A DNA stretch of 64,000 nucleotides, taken from the NCBI GenBank assembly GCA_964508365.1, contig CAZDTP010000016.1:65-64064 (forward strand). Reading direction: 5' to 3'. Shown one piece after another: positions 40,934-49,649 of the stretch. The notes beneath the pieces are model-generated. The model did not search any database and had not been told where the DNA came from. It saw nothing but the letters and a program-made list of their open reading frames with translations. Within the stretch, counting starts at the first letter, position 1. Each line of letters starts with the position of its first letter. This DNA is from an uncultured archaeon. Its GTDB lineage: Archaea > Asgardarchaeota > Lokiarchaeia > Sigyniarchaeales > SOKP01. The position numbers were made by a program, and so were the translations under genes.

Positions 40934-43183
40934 ATGATAAATTGGATTATCGCACTCTTTTATCTTTTAGAAGAGTTAGGTTTTTTAAAAATTGAAGACA
41001 TGGTCACGAAAAATCTTCCACTTTTGTTGATTTGTAGGGGTTTCTACTGTCTCACCTATGTTTTTAATTATTACAAGAGTCGTAGCGGTACTTCAGACAA
41101 TAAAAATTCTCTATTTGCTCAGAAAGAGGGTATTTTTTTTATCCTAAAACAAGTAATAATAATACTCTTTGGAACGATTTATTTACCTTTTGCTGTTTTC
41201 ATATCATTCTATTCATTAATGATGAGCGGGAATTACATTAAAATCATTGCTGAAAATAGGGAAAACAAGTATTTAACATTCGTCGGAAAACTAATCAATG
41301 TTTTTTCACCCATATTTGGAATTCTATGGTATACTTTCATCTCACTAGATTATTACTCTATTGCTGCTATAGGTGTAAGTATTGCTGCATTTTTACATTA
41401 TGGTCTAAAAATTTCGCTGTTATCTTCAGAAGAACTGCTAGAAAAATATCAAAGAAGACGTATCGCGAAAGTGCCTAAAGTTCTCCAATATATTTTAATA
41501 ATTTTTCTAATAGTCTTTCCATCAACAGTGATTATCGGAACTGGAGTTTATAAAGTTCAAGAAAAGCAAACTTTTATGGTTCCAATGCGAGACGATATTG
41601 ATCTCGCTACAGATGTCTATTTTGCTCCTGGATCTTTTGGAGCCCCACGTCCTGTAATTTTAGTAAGAACTCCTTATGGTAAATCTGGTTGGGCACACGA
41701 GTTATATGCTCCTATATACTTACTTCAGGATTATCATCTAGTTGTTCAAGATTTAAGGGGCACCCATGATTCTGAAGGGGGAAATGATTTTCTTTTATTT
41801 GTAAATTCTTATAATGATGGAGTTGACACAATTAAGTGGTTGATGGATCAAAGCTGGTGTAATAAAAAAATCGCAAGTGCTGGTGTATCAGCTTTATGCC
41901 TTAACCAATATTATTACGCTGGAATGGGTCCTGAAGGTTTGCTTGCTCAACAATTATGGTTTGGTACGCCTGAAATGTTTGACCACGCTATTTTTCAAGG
42001 TTCCTATCATAAATCCTCGGTTGAGACTTGGGTAAAAAGCACTTCTCCAACGAATTGGGAGTACCAAATAGATACGCTCTTTTCTAAGACGATCCCAAAA
42101 AATGAGGTACTCTATAATTCTACCTCGCTTTCAATTCCAATTGGACCACATTATTCTAATGTTTCTGTCTATGGAATTCATGTGGGTGGGTGGTATGATC
42201 ATTTTTTGCAAGGAACGCTTGACGGCTATGTCGGTTACGACGATTTCGGAGCTACTAGAGCACGAGGGCATCAAAAATTAGTAATGGGTCCATGGACTCA
42301 TGGCTCGATTTATGGTGGGCAACAGGGAGAGTTACTATATCCAGATAATTCTAATGGATTTGATTTACTACTCGGTTGGGAAACCGAAATTTTCGATGAA
42401 GCATTGTTAGGTATTCCCGCTGATTGGACTGGAGCGAGAATTGCATACTATTTAATGGGTGATGTTGAAAGTGATTCCGATAATTGGAATTATTGGAGAT
42501 ATGCATATGATTGGCCATTAGATCATATAGACGATGCTTGGTATTTCACTGCTGATGGAGGATTAAGTAAAACTTCTTCTGGTTTAATAAATAAAAATTT
42601 CTCTTATATATATGATCCTCGATACCCTGTTCCAAATTTAGGAGGTCAAAATCAACCATTCGATTTAGCAGGTCCCATGGATCAAAGATCAATAGAAAGT
42701 CGATCCGATGTATTGGTATTTGAGACACCTGTATTAACTGAAACGGTAGAGACTGTAGGTAGAATTTGGGGTAATTTATCCGTTACATCAAATTGTACGG
42801 ACACGGACTTCACAATTAAGCTAACGGATGTATATCCAGATGGACGATCAATGTTAGTTACCGATGGATCCTTAACTATTAGATATAGATACAATTATAC
42901 ATCTGAAGTTCTAATGTCAGGGAATCAAAATATTGTTTACGATTTATTGATTGATTGCTGGACATCGGCTTATTCCTTCGCACCAGGACACAAAATTAGA
43001 GTGGCAATTTCGAGTTCTAACTATCCACGTTTTGCTGCAAATCCTAATACCGGAGTTCCATTAGCAAGAGAATATCTGATCTCAAATATTGCAAATAATA
43101 CACTTCTTGTAGGCCCTCAATACAGTTCAAACATCATTTTACCCCGATTAGTCAATATGAGTAGCACACATACAATTTATTAA
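40934..43183 (+). CDS. CocE/NonD-family serine hydrolase with N-terminal multi-TM anchor (paralogue 2)
   Basis: Collinear with paralogue 1; RTPY, GVSALC, GGWYD and GPWTHG motifs. Confidence 0.9.
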   Translation: MINWIIALFYLLEELGFLKIEDMVTKNLPLLLICRGFYCLTYVFNYYKSRSGTSDNKNSLFAQKEGIFFILKQVIIILFGTIYLPFAVFISFYSLMMSGNYIKIIAENRENKYLTFVGKLINVFSPIFGILWYTFISLDYYSIAAIGVSIAAFLHYGLKISLLSSEELLEKYQRRRIAKVPKVLQYILIIFLIVFPSTVIIGTGVYKVQEKQTFMVPMRDDIDLATDVYFAPGSFGAPRPVILVRTPYGKSGWAHELYAPIYLLQDYHLVVQDLRGTHDSEGGNDFLLFVNSYNDGVDTIKWLMDQSWCNKKIASAGVSALCLNQYYYAGMGPEGLLAQQLWFGTPEMFDHAIFQGSYHKSSVETWVKSTSPTNWEYQIDTLFSKTIPKNEVLYNSTSLSIPIGPHYSNVSVYGIHVGGWYDHFLQGTLDGYVGYDDFGATRARGHQKLVMGPWTHGSIYGGQQGELLYPDNSNGFDLLLGWETEIFDEALLGIPADWTGARIAYYLMGDVESDSDNWNYWRYAYDWPLDHIDDAWYFTADGGLSKTSSGLINKNFSYIYDPRYPVPNLGGQNQPFDLAGPMDQRSIESRSDVLVFETPVLTETVETVGRIWGNLSVTSNCTDTDFTIKLTDVYPDGRSMLVTDGSLTIRYRYNYTSEVLMSGNQNIVYDLLIDCWTSAYSFAPGHKIRVAISSSNYPRFAANPNTGVPLAREYLISNIANNTLLVGPQYSSNIILPRLVNMSSTHTIY

Positions 43184-43240
43184 TTCTTTTTTTTTTTAAA
43201 GACTAACTGAGAAGAACGAATAAAGAAACTTAATACCAAA

Positions 43241-43477
43241 TTAATCAATCATCTTTAAAAAATCAAGCTCACCGAGAAAAGTTACTCCAAGATTTCTAGC
43301 TCTTTTAAACTTTTCAGAGCTTGCGTTTGGATTACTTGTAACGAAATACCACAAATCGTTAGAAATTTCTTCCCTAATGAGTCCTCCATTTTCGAGAACC
43401 CTTTTTTTTGCTTCATCTCTGTTTATTTTTTTTAGGTCTTCTGAAAAATAAAATTTAATCAAAGATAAATCTGCGAT
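43241..43477 (-). CDS. Stand-alone BRCT-domain protein (probable ATC start 43477; track start TTG 43462)
   Basis: RDEAKKRVLENGG...S....V......S.K...A..LGV....E..FL pattern of LigA/RFC1-type BRCT; SD GGTGA upstream. Confidence 0.8.
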   Translation of the reverse strand: MADLSLIKFYFSEDLKKINRDEAKKRVLENGGLIREEISNDLWYFVTSNPNASSEKFKRARNLGVTFLGELDFLKMID

Positions 43478-43616
43478 AATTAATCACCTTTTTGAAATAA
43501 TATCAATAAAATTAATTTTAATATGTTAAGTAAAAAGGGTAAATATTAAAAGACAAAGACCATAAAAAATTCTAAATTTTTAAAATAAGTTGTAAGAAGA
43601 TTTTGAGATTAATAAC

Positions 43617-44075
43617 CTATTCTGCAAGATAGCATACTACAAGTCCATCAATGTTCTTAGTTGCTCTAATTTTGATTTTTCTTGGAGGTTTTTGAATCCC
43701 TCTTGACCAGATCTTCTCGTTAACTTCTTGCGAAATGACTAAAGATTCTGGTTTAAAATGTCTCTCCATAAATTCTCTAAGGTATCTAATCGCTTTTTTA
43801 GCTCGTTTATTCCTTGGACCTCGTCGTGCTTTAGCTAATGGTATTACATATATTCGTTCGTCTATAATTTCTTCTTCAGGGGGTTTTTCTTCTTCTATTT
43901 CTTCTAATTCCTCAAGTTCCTCTTCAAAAATTTCGCTAACTTCCTCTTCTTCAGATATCTCATCTAAACTGAATTCATCGATTTCTTCAATTTCCTCTTC
44001 AATTTCTTCTTCAGTATCAGCTAATTCGTCTTCTAAATCGTCTAGACTGATTTCTTTTGCTTTTTTTTTTGCCAT
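43617..44075 (-). CDS. rpl31e: 50S ribosomal protein eL31 with long acidic N-terminal extension
   Basis: ERIYVIPL...RAKKAI..LREF..RH...VNEKIWSRGIQKPPRKI core, preceded by ~70 Glu/Asp-rich residues. Confidence 0.95.
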   Translation of the reverse strand: MAKKKAKEISLDDLEDELADTEEEIEEEIEEIDEFSLDEISEEEEVSEIFEEELEELEEIEEEKPPEEEIIDERIYVIPLAKARRGPRNKRAKKAIRYLREFMERHFKPESLVISQEVNEKIWSRGIQKPPRKIKIRATKNIDGLVVCYLAE

Positions 44076-44077
44076 GC

Positions 44078-44239
44078 TTAATCTCTCTTTAATCTAGTAT
44101 TTCGCCATTCTCTTCTAGAATGTGGGCTTGATCTAACTTTTCCCCCGGTTCTCCGGACAACCCAGTTTGGAACTGAACGACTTTGTTTCATACTCTTAGC
44201 TCTTCGTAATTTTGAGGGAAAATTTTTATTGCGTGCCAT
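44078..44239 (-). CDS. rpl39e: 50S ribosomal protein eL39 (53 aa, missing from the ORF track)
   Basis: MARNKNFPSKLRRAKSMKQSRSVPNWVVRRTGGKVRSSPHSRREWRNTRLKRD, between PDCD5 and eL31. Confidence 0.95.
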   Translation of the reverse strand: MARNKNFPSKLRRAKSMKQSRSVPNWVVRRTGGKVRSSPHSRREWRNTRLKRD

Positions 44240-44256
44240 TTTCTTATTCTCGTAGT

Positions 44257-44595
44257 TTACTTTTTTATATTAAATTCTTTTTTGCTACCTGCTGTAATTT
44301 TTTCTAAAATTTTTTTGAACTCTTTATCAGGTAACGGTGTAGCTCCACGTAATTTTCCAGATTGGAATAATTGGATTAATTGCAATTCAATCTGCTCAGC
44401 AAATTGTGGTTTGACTATTCTTATGTTTTCTAATCGTTGACGTCCTTCTTGACTTAATATTTGTCGCATTACCTGGTATTTTTGGTCGTTATACTGTTGT
44501 TGTTGTTGTTCTGCTAATTGTCGTTGAACTGCTTGCTGTTTAAATTGCTCTAATTTCCTTTTCCTAATAGCTTCTAATTCTTCCTCTTCGCTCAA
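44257..44595 (-). CDS. DNA-binding protein, PDCD5/TFAR19 family
   Basis: ELEAIRKRKL...RQILSxExRxRLxNIxxVKP..A..IE..LIQL motif. Confidence 0.93.
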   Translation of the reverse strand: MSEEEELEAIRKRKLEQFKQQAVQRQLAEQQQQQYNDQKYQVMRQILSQEGRQRLENIRIVKPQFAEQIELQLIQLFQSGKLRGATPLPDKEFKKILEKITAGSKKEFNIKK

Positions 44596-44628
44596 AGTTA
44601 AATTCCAAAAATTTTTTATTTATTTAAA

Positions 44629-45048
44629 TTATTTTCTTAAAATTCCATAGGCAGTTCTTTCTAGAAGGCTAGTTCCTTCTGGTGAAGTTATTCTACCATC
44701 CCTTTCTTGCTTCATTATTAGATTAGCATCCTCTAACTGCTGCAATGCTACCCTTATGATCTTTCCACTCCCTTTAGCACTATGGTGTCGACCTGGACCT
44801 TTTTTGTTTTTTCCTCCGTAGTGTTTTCTGAGTTTGTTTACCCCAACTGGACCAAACTTCTTTATCTTTCTCAAAAGTGACGCACACCTAATATACCAGA
44901 AATTCTCGTGATCGATAGGAGCTAATTCCTTAAAAAAAGCAGTCTTCCAAAATTCGCTTCCCTCGGGTGGCTTGATTTCGGGAAACTCTCTTAATTTTTC
45001 TGCTAAAGTTTTAATGAGTTTCTCTGGTTCAACGATATAGATGCTAAT
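44629..45048 (-). CDS. rps19e: 30S ribosomal protein eS19 (probable ATT start at 45048)
   Basis: KTxxxKELAP...WYIRCASLLRK...GVNKLRxxYGG...GSGKIIRxALQQLE motif; track start at 45141 runs through the shared divergent promoter. Confidence 0.95.
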   Translation of the reverse strand: MSIYIVEPEKLIKTLAEKLREFPEIKPPEGSEFWKTAFFKELAPIDHENFWYIRCASLLRKIKKFGPVGVNKLRKHYGGKNKKGPGRHHSAKGSGKIIRVALQQLEDANLIMKQERDGRITSPEGTSLLERTAYGILRK

Positions 45049-45140
45049 AATTATTACACCAAGAATTTTAATATTATATGATACATTTAAAAAGATTAAG
45101 TAGATTAAAAATTTTATGGTAATAGTAGTATTTCGGAGCA

Positions 45141-45413
45141 ATGAGTCATCAAAACGAGTTTAAAAAAGTATTAATATCACCGCCACACGCTACATTAGGG
45201 AAGAAGGGAATTACAGGAGAATTTATAATGCATGTACAGCAATTACTCAAGAAATACAAAATAATCAAAATTAAGATGTTAAAATCAATCGCAACAAAAG
45301 CAAATATCCGAAGTATTGCTGAACAAATATCAAATTCCACAAATTCTTACTTATTGGATATCAGGGGAAAAACAATTATCATATCGTTGAACGATATTAG
45401 AAAAGGGAATTAA
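45141..45413 (+). CDS. YhbY/CRM-domain RNA-binding protein
   Basis: P...LGKKGIT...IKIKML...DIRGKTII motif. Confidence 0.88.
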   Translation: MSHQNEFKKVLISPPHATLGKKGITGEFIMHVQQLLKKYKIIKIKMLKSIATKANIRSIAEQISNSTNSYLLDIRGKTIIISLNDIRKGN

Positions 45414-45434
45414 ATATAACGTAAAGTAGCTACA

Positions 45435-45764
45435 ATGGTGAAAAATAGAAGGAGAAATAAGAGTATCATCAAACAAATAGCAGATATTAGGATGCAATAT
45501 TTATTTCAGAAAGCAAACGAGATATTCCCTCAAAATAGAGAATTAGCTAATAGATATGTATATTTAGCAAGACGATACGCACAAAGAGCAAAGATTCAAA
45601 TTCCTTCAATATGGAAAAAAAGAATATGTCACAAATGTAAGAGGTTTCTCTACCCAGGTATTAATAACAGAACCAGAATTCATTCAAAGGGTAAAGGTTC
45701 TCATGTATCATCAACATGTTTAGATTGTAATCATACAACACGCTACTTTATTAAGATCAAGTAA
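45435..45764 (+). CDS. rnp4: RNase P protein subunit Rpp21
   Basis: IA..RM..LF..A...LANRYV..A, KRxICxKC...PG and CxxC motifs. Confidence 0.93.
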   Translation: MVKNRRRNKSIIKQIADIRMQYLFQKANEIFPQNRELANRYVYLARRYAQRAKIQIPSIWKKRICHKCKRFLYPGINNRTRIHSKGKGSHVSSTCLDCNHTTRYFIKIK

Positions 45765-45800
45765 TAAACGAAATAAAAATTAGAATCATCTCAATACAAA

Positions 45801-46475
45801 ATGCCTTTAATAATAATTTTCGTGGAATGTGGCTTAGAACTCATCCCATCAAATATTAGGAATCATCCTGCCATTCAAAAAAATTTAAAGAAGGATTCAT
45901 ATCCCTCTAAACTCCTTGATAACGCAATTCACCATTCCGCTATGGTTAGACTAAAAGGTGTTGAAAAAAGAGGGCGTCCTGACATCACTCACGCTTGCCT
46001 TCTTAATGCTTTAGGATCAATCGCCAATAAAAGTGGTAATCTAAAAATATACCTTCATACATTCGAAAATAAAATATTTGAAATAAACTCGGATTTAAAA
46101 ATCGCTAGAAATTATAATAGATTTAAAGGCTTAATGGCAAAATTGTTGATAGAAAATAAAACAAAAATTGACAAAATCCTATTAATTTCAGAATGTGGAG
46201 ATAATTTAAGTGAATTAGTTAATTCCATTGATAAGAAGGAAGTTATACTTCTTTCTAGTAAAGGAGAACTGGTGAAAAATCATTCTGAATTATTTGATAA
46301 AAATCTTACTAAAAATTATGTAGCTATAGTAGGTTGTTTTCAGAAAGGTTTTTTTTCAGACGAAATATTAAGTTTAAGCAATAAAATTGTGTCAATTTCT
46401 CATTATTCTCTTGACGCTTGGGTAGCGTTAAGTAAAGTTATCGGATATTATGAATTTTCTAATGATATATTATAA
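45801..46475 (+). CDS. nep1: 16S rRNA pseudouridine N1-methyltransferase Nep1/Emg1
   Basis: LELIP, LLDxxxHHxAM, RGRPDIxH and RNYNRFxGLM motifs. Confidence 0.93.
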   Translation: MPLIIIFVECGLELIPSNIRNHPAIQKNLKKDSYPSKLLDNAIHHSAMVRLKGVEKRGRPDITHACLLNALGSIANKSGNLKIYLHTFENKIFEINSDLKIARNYNRFKGLMAKLLIENKTKIDKILLISECGDNLSELVNSIDKKEVILLSSKGELVKNHSELFDKNLTKNYVAIVGCFQKGFFSDEILSLSNKIVSISHYSLDAWVALSKVIGYYEFSNDIL

Positions 46476-46564
46476 CCAAATAGTATAAGAAAGTTTTTTT
46501 TTAATCGATAATAATCACAAATATTAAAATTTTTTTTTCTAAAAATTTCTTCAATTTTTACCTT

Positions 46565-46636
46565 GCGCTCTTGGTATAGGGGTTAGAATATAGGGTTTCC
46601 AACCCTGCGACCCGGGTTCAAATCCCGGAGGGCGCA
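46565..46636 (+). tRNA. tRNA-Gly(TCC), copy 1
   Basis: Cloverleaf GCGCTCT/AGGGCGC-A; anticodon arm TAGGG-TTTCCAA-CCCTG; T arm CCGGG-TTCAAAT-CCCGG. Confidence 0.95.
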
Positions 46637-46725
46637 TTTATTTCATACTAAAACGATCCTCAAGGCTCAGATGATATCTAGTGGCATACTGTATTTTTAT
46701 CGCATTTATTTAAAGCTCTAATTTT

Positions 46726-46920
46726 TCATTTATTCCTCAAGAAATATCGCATTTTAGTAAAATTAATAGTGAAAGTATAGTTTTTAAAAAACTCGTGGGA
46801 AATTAACCCACTAATCTGGAATCCAAAACAGATTTCAATTGGAAAATTATCAAAGTAAATTCCTCGTATATTTTTCTCAGTTAACGCTCCAAGACTCAGT
46901 TCTTCTATTTCATGAGGTGA
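46726..46920 (-). pseudogene. C-terminal fragment of a retropepsin-like aspartyl protease
   Basis: IEELSLG...GFQISGLISHEFFKNYTFTINF resembles the GxxGxDF...TIDF C-terminal motif; catalytic DTG part is absent. Confidence 0.5.
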
Positions 46921-46925
46921 TAATA

Positions 46926-47104
46926 ATGTCAAAACTAAAAAAAGATGATGTATCATCATTACTCCAACTAATTACAATGACGAAGATAGATAAAGATTAG
47001 CAGATAGCCGCGAGATGATTACTGAAGAATTAATTGAAAAGAATTACGACGACTTCAAATCGAAATATCCAATGTGGGCAGAAAAAAATCCTTCGAAATT
47101 TTAA
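46926..47104 (+). pseudogene. Decayed small gene (frameshift plus internal stop)
   Basis: Strong SD GAGGTGA and ATG at 46926; protein-like sequence continues in another frame (IITPTNYNDEDR*RLADSREMITEELIEKNYDDFKSKYPMWAEKNP). Confidence 0.35.
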
Positions 47105-47261
47105 TAAAACTCAATTTCTTTTTCTTTTTTCTTTTTCCTTCAGAAGGTTTGAGAACCCGATTGAAGCTGGTTAATTAATTAAAATTGTATTTTAAAAAAT
47201 GCATTTGATTGTTAATCCTTATATTGACTGAGAACTTATCCTCTAATAGCAAAATATAGTA

Positions 47262-48203
47262 TTGATCATGTCATCGTTTACCGAGCCAACTATTAAAATT
47301 CAAGGCTTAACTAAAGAATATTTCAAAAAAAAAGTTGTTGATAACATCAATTTAGAGATATCTAACTCTTGTTTCGCACTTTTGGGACCGAATGGAGCTG
47401 GAAAAACAACAACTATGCTCATGCTTCTGAGGTTGGTAAAACCATCAAGTGGAACTGCTTTTATATTAGGTGCTGATATAAAGAAAAACATGGGAGATAT
47501 CCGGAGAAAAATAGGATATTTACCCGAAAATATTGGATTTCACTCCCGAATCACGGGACGTAGTTTCCTCGAATTAGTTTTAAGTCTCAGAAATAAAGCA
47601 AGAACAAAAGATGGAGATGTTGAGTCGTATTTACATTGGTGTGGGTTAGAAGAAAGAGATTGGGATAAGAATGTTAAAACATATTCTCGTGGTATGAAGC
47701 AACGACTAGGAATAGCTCAAGCATTCATTGGGAATCCTTTAATCTTATTTTTAGATGAACCATTATCTAACATTGATCCAATGGGTAGGGAAGAACTCAT
47801 CAAAAAAATACGCGAAAAAAGAAGGGAAGGTAATACAGTTATCATTTCAAGTCATATCATTCTCGAAATCGAACAATTGGCGGATACTTTAGCGTTTATA
47901 GACAAGGGAAAAATAGTGGCTTCCGGTAAAATATATGATCTTGCTCGATCCTATGGTTTAAATGAATTTGAAATATCCCGAATCGGTTATGAGAAAGATG
48001 TATCAATCGATGCACTTAAAGATGAAATTTCTGCGGAAAAAGATTTAATTTCTGGTTCACCGACACTCTTAAGTGAAAAAATCATTTTTAAGACCGAAAA
48101 TCCACGGAAAGTCGCTAAAATAACTTGGAAATACGAAGATTATAATTTTACGCCGATTAGCGGAGCATTAAATAAATTATATAAGAAAATTATAGGGAAA
48201 TAA
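47262..48203 (+). CDS. ABC-2 type transporter ATP-binding protein
   Basis: GPNGAGKTT, YSRGMKQRLG, FLDEP and SSH motifs. Confidence 0.93.
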   Translation: MIMSSFTEPTIKIQGLTKEYFKKKVVDNINLEISNSCFALLGPNGAGKTTTMLMLLRLVKPSSGTAFILGADIKKNMGDIRRKIGYLPENIGFHSRITGRSFLELVLSLRNKARTKDGDVESYLHWCGLEERDWDKNVKTYSRGMKQRLGIAQAFIGNPLILFLDEPLSNIDPMGREELIKKIREKRREGNTVIISSHIILEIEQLADTLAFIDKGKIVASGKIYDLARSYGLNEFEISRIGYEKDVSIDALKDEISAEKDLISGSPTLLSEKIIFKTENPRKVAKITWKYEDYNFTPISGALNKLYKKIIGK

Positions 48204-48207
48204 GATA

Positions 48208-49005
48208 ATGAAAGAAGATTATAATCACAATCGTTTAAATTTTACTGAAGAACCGCTGTTTTTGTTTTATTTGAAAAGAGAGGTTCTCTCAATTCGCTTT
48301 ATGATCTGTATTCTCTTTTCATTGATTCCATTGATGCTTCTAATGTTAGCGTGGGGTGATTGGATTCCTTCAAGTCAGAATGGTATCAATAGTATATTTT
48401 GGTTCGATTTTGTATCGTACACCATTGTATACTCACCGTTTTTTACTCTTATATCCGTGTTTATCACCGCGGACATCGTTTCGGGAGAGTTTTCTAACAA
48501 ATCAGCGATGATTTTATATACACTTGGATCTAGGAGTAAGATACTTATCATCAAATTCTTGTATCTGATGTTAAGTATTTTCATTTTCACAGTGATTTGT
48601 TTTATTTCATTTTCGATTTATAGTTTTTTCAGATGTGAAAAATTAGCTTCGGTAGATTTTTTTCTTGCAGGTTTCATTATAGCTTACTTTGATTTACTCT
48701 TTTTCGTTTCATTGACTTTTCTGTGCTCTACATTAATTAGAAAGACCTCTCCAGTTTTTATTTTACCTATGCTCTACATGTTTCTTGATTTCTATTATTT
48801 TTTTGAAATGTTTGAACTGGATTTACTTTCATACAGATATTACCTATTAAATGTATTTGAGTTCTTTTCCGATATTCTTTATTCAAATGCAATTATTATA
48901 ACTGCTGAAATGATTATTAATTTAATTCTTGCATTTGGACTACCATTGTTATTATTTATAATTACAATTTATGCGTTTACAAAAATAGATATAAGGGTTG
49001 ATTAA
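48208..49005 (+). CDS. ABC-2 type transporter permease
   Basis: 6 TMs with the D.VSGEF.......T..SRSKILIIKF motif. Confidence 0.88.
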   Translation: MKEDYNHNRLNFTEEPLFLFYLKREVLSIRFMICILFSLIPLMLLMLAWGDWIPSSQNGINSIFWFDFVSYTIVYSPFFTLISVFITADIVSGEFSNKSAMILYTLGSRSKILIIKFLYLMLSIFIFTVICFISFSIYSFFRCEKLASVDFFLAGFIIAYFDLLFFVSLTFLCSTLIRKTSPVFILPMLYMFLDFYYFFEMFELDLLSYRYYLLNVFEFFSDILYSNAIIITAEMIINLILAFGLPLLLFIITIYAFTKIDIRVD

Positions 49006-49007
49006 TA

Positions 49008-49514
49008 GTGAATCCGAAATTTTCCTGGTTACTCTTTTTTATCACGCTTTTTACTGCATCTGGGTTTTTTTTAATGTTTATGCCTTTTCCGAGAGAAGAG
49101 GAAATAAATACATACGGTTACCTAAATTTCTCTAAAGGAGATTATATTATTGATGATTTTTTCTATCCTTCAAGATCCTTTGACCAGATAATATATATAA
49201 ACATAAGCCTTCTCGAAGGTAAAATTACTATTCAATTATTAGATTTAGATCAAGAACGCAATTACTGGTTGGGATTGCCTTATATAACTTACTGGGAAGC
49301 CGTGAATATTACTGAAATCACAGAAAAGATACAAATATCTCCACCGTTTCTGCGTGGTGTTTTTTTAATATACTATGGAGAAGAGTATTCTATTATGAAT
49401 GGAGATGTAAAAACGAGATATTTCAGATATTATACGAGTTATTCTGTCTTTTTGATCGGAGTTGCTGTCATTTTATTCTTGTATTGGAGTTATCAAAAGT
49501 ATAAAGAGAAATAA
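49008..49514 (+). CDS. Membrane protein (TM, beta-rich ectodomain, TM); probable ABC accessory
   Basis: Coupled to the permease stop codon; N- and C-terminal TM helices. Confidence 0.7.
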   Translation: MNPKFSWLLFFITLFTASGFFLMFMPFPREEEINTYGYLNFSKGDYIIDDFFYPSRSFDQIIYINISLLEGKITIQLLDLDQERNYWLGLPYITYWEAVNITEITEKIQISPPFLRGVFLIYYGEEYSIMNGDVKTRYFRYYTSYSVFLIGVAVILFLYWSYQKYKEK

Positions 49515-49539
49515 GTAAATTTTTTAAAATTTTTATCTT

Positions 49540-49611
49540 ACGCTCTTGGTATAGGGGTTAGAATATAGGGTTTCCAACCCTGCGACCCGGGTTCAAATCC
49601 CGGAGGGCGCA
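49540..49611 (+). tRNA. tRNA-Gly(TCC), copy 2 (G1>A, possibly non-functional)
   Basis: Identical to copy 1 except the first base is A, which mispairs with the 3' acceptor C. Confidence 0.85.
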
Positions 49612-49649
49612 TTTTATTGTTTCCCAATGTCAAAAAATAATAATTAAGA

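Larger units (their letters stand above)
46566..49614. mobile_element. 2.9-kb tRNA-Gly-bounded island (no integrase inside)
   Basis: 74-bp exact direct repeats (46566-46639 and 49541-49614) flank gene fragments and an ABC operon. Confidence 0.55.

Noticed and set aside
45049-45141. Track N-terminal extension of eS19 (MLRNTTITIKFL...)
   Set aside because: It runs across the AT-rich divergent promoter, overlaps the yhbY start, and is not homologous to eS19.
47138-47167. Hairpin with tandem GA pairs in the tRNA island (possible IS200/IS605 end or SECIS)
   Set aside because: No transposase or partner end is present, and the upstream remnant has a UAA stop rather than UGA.
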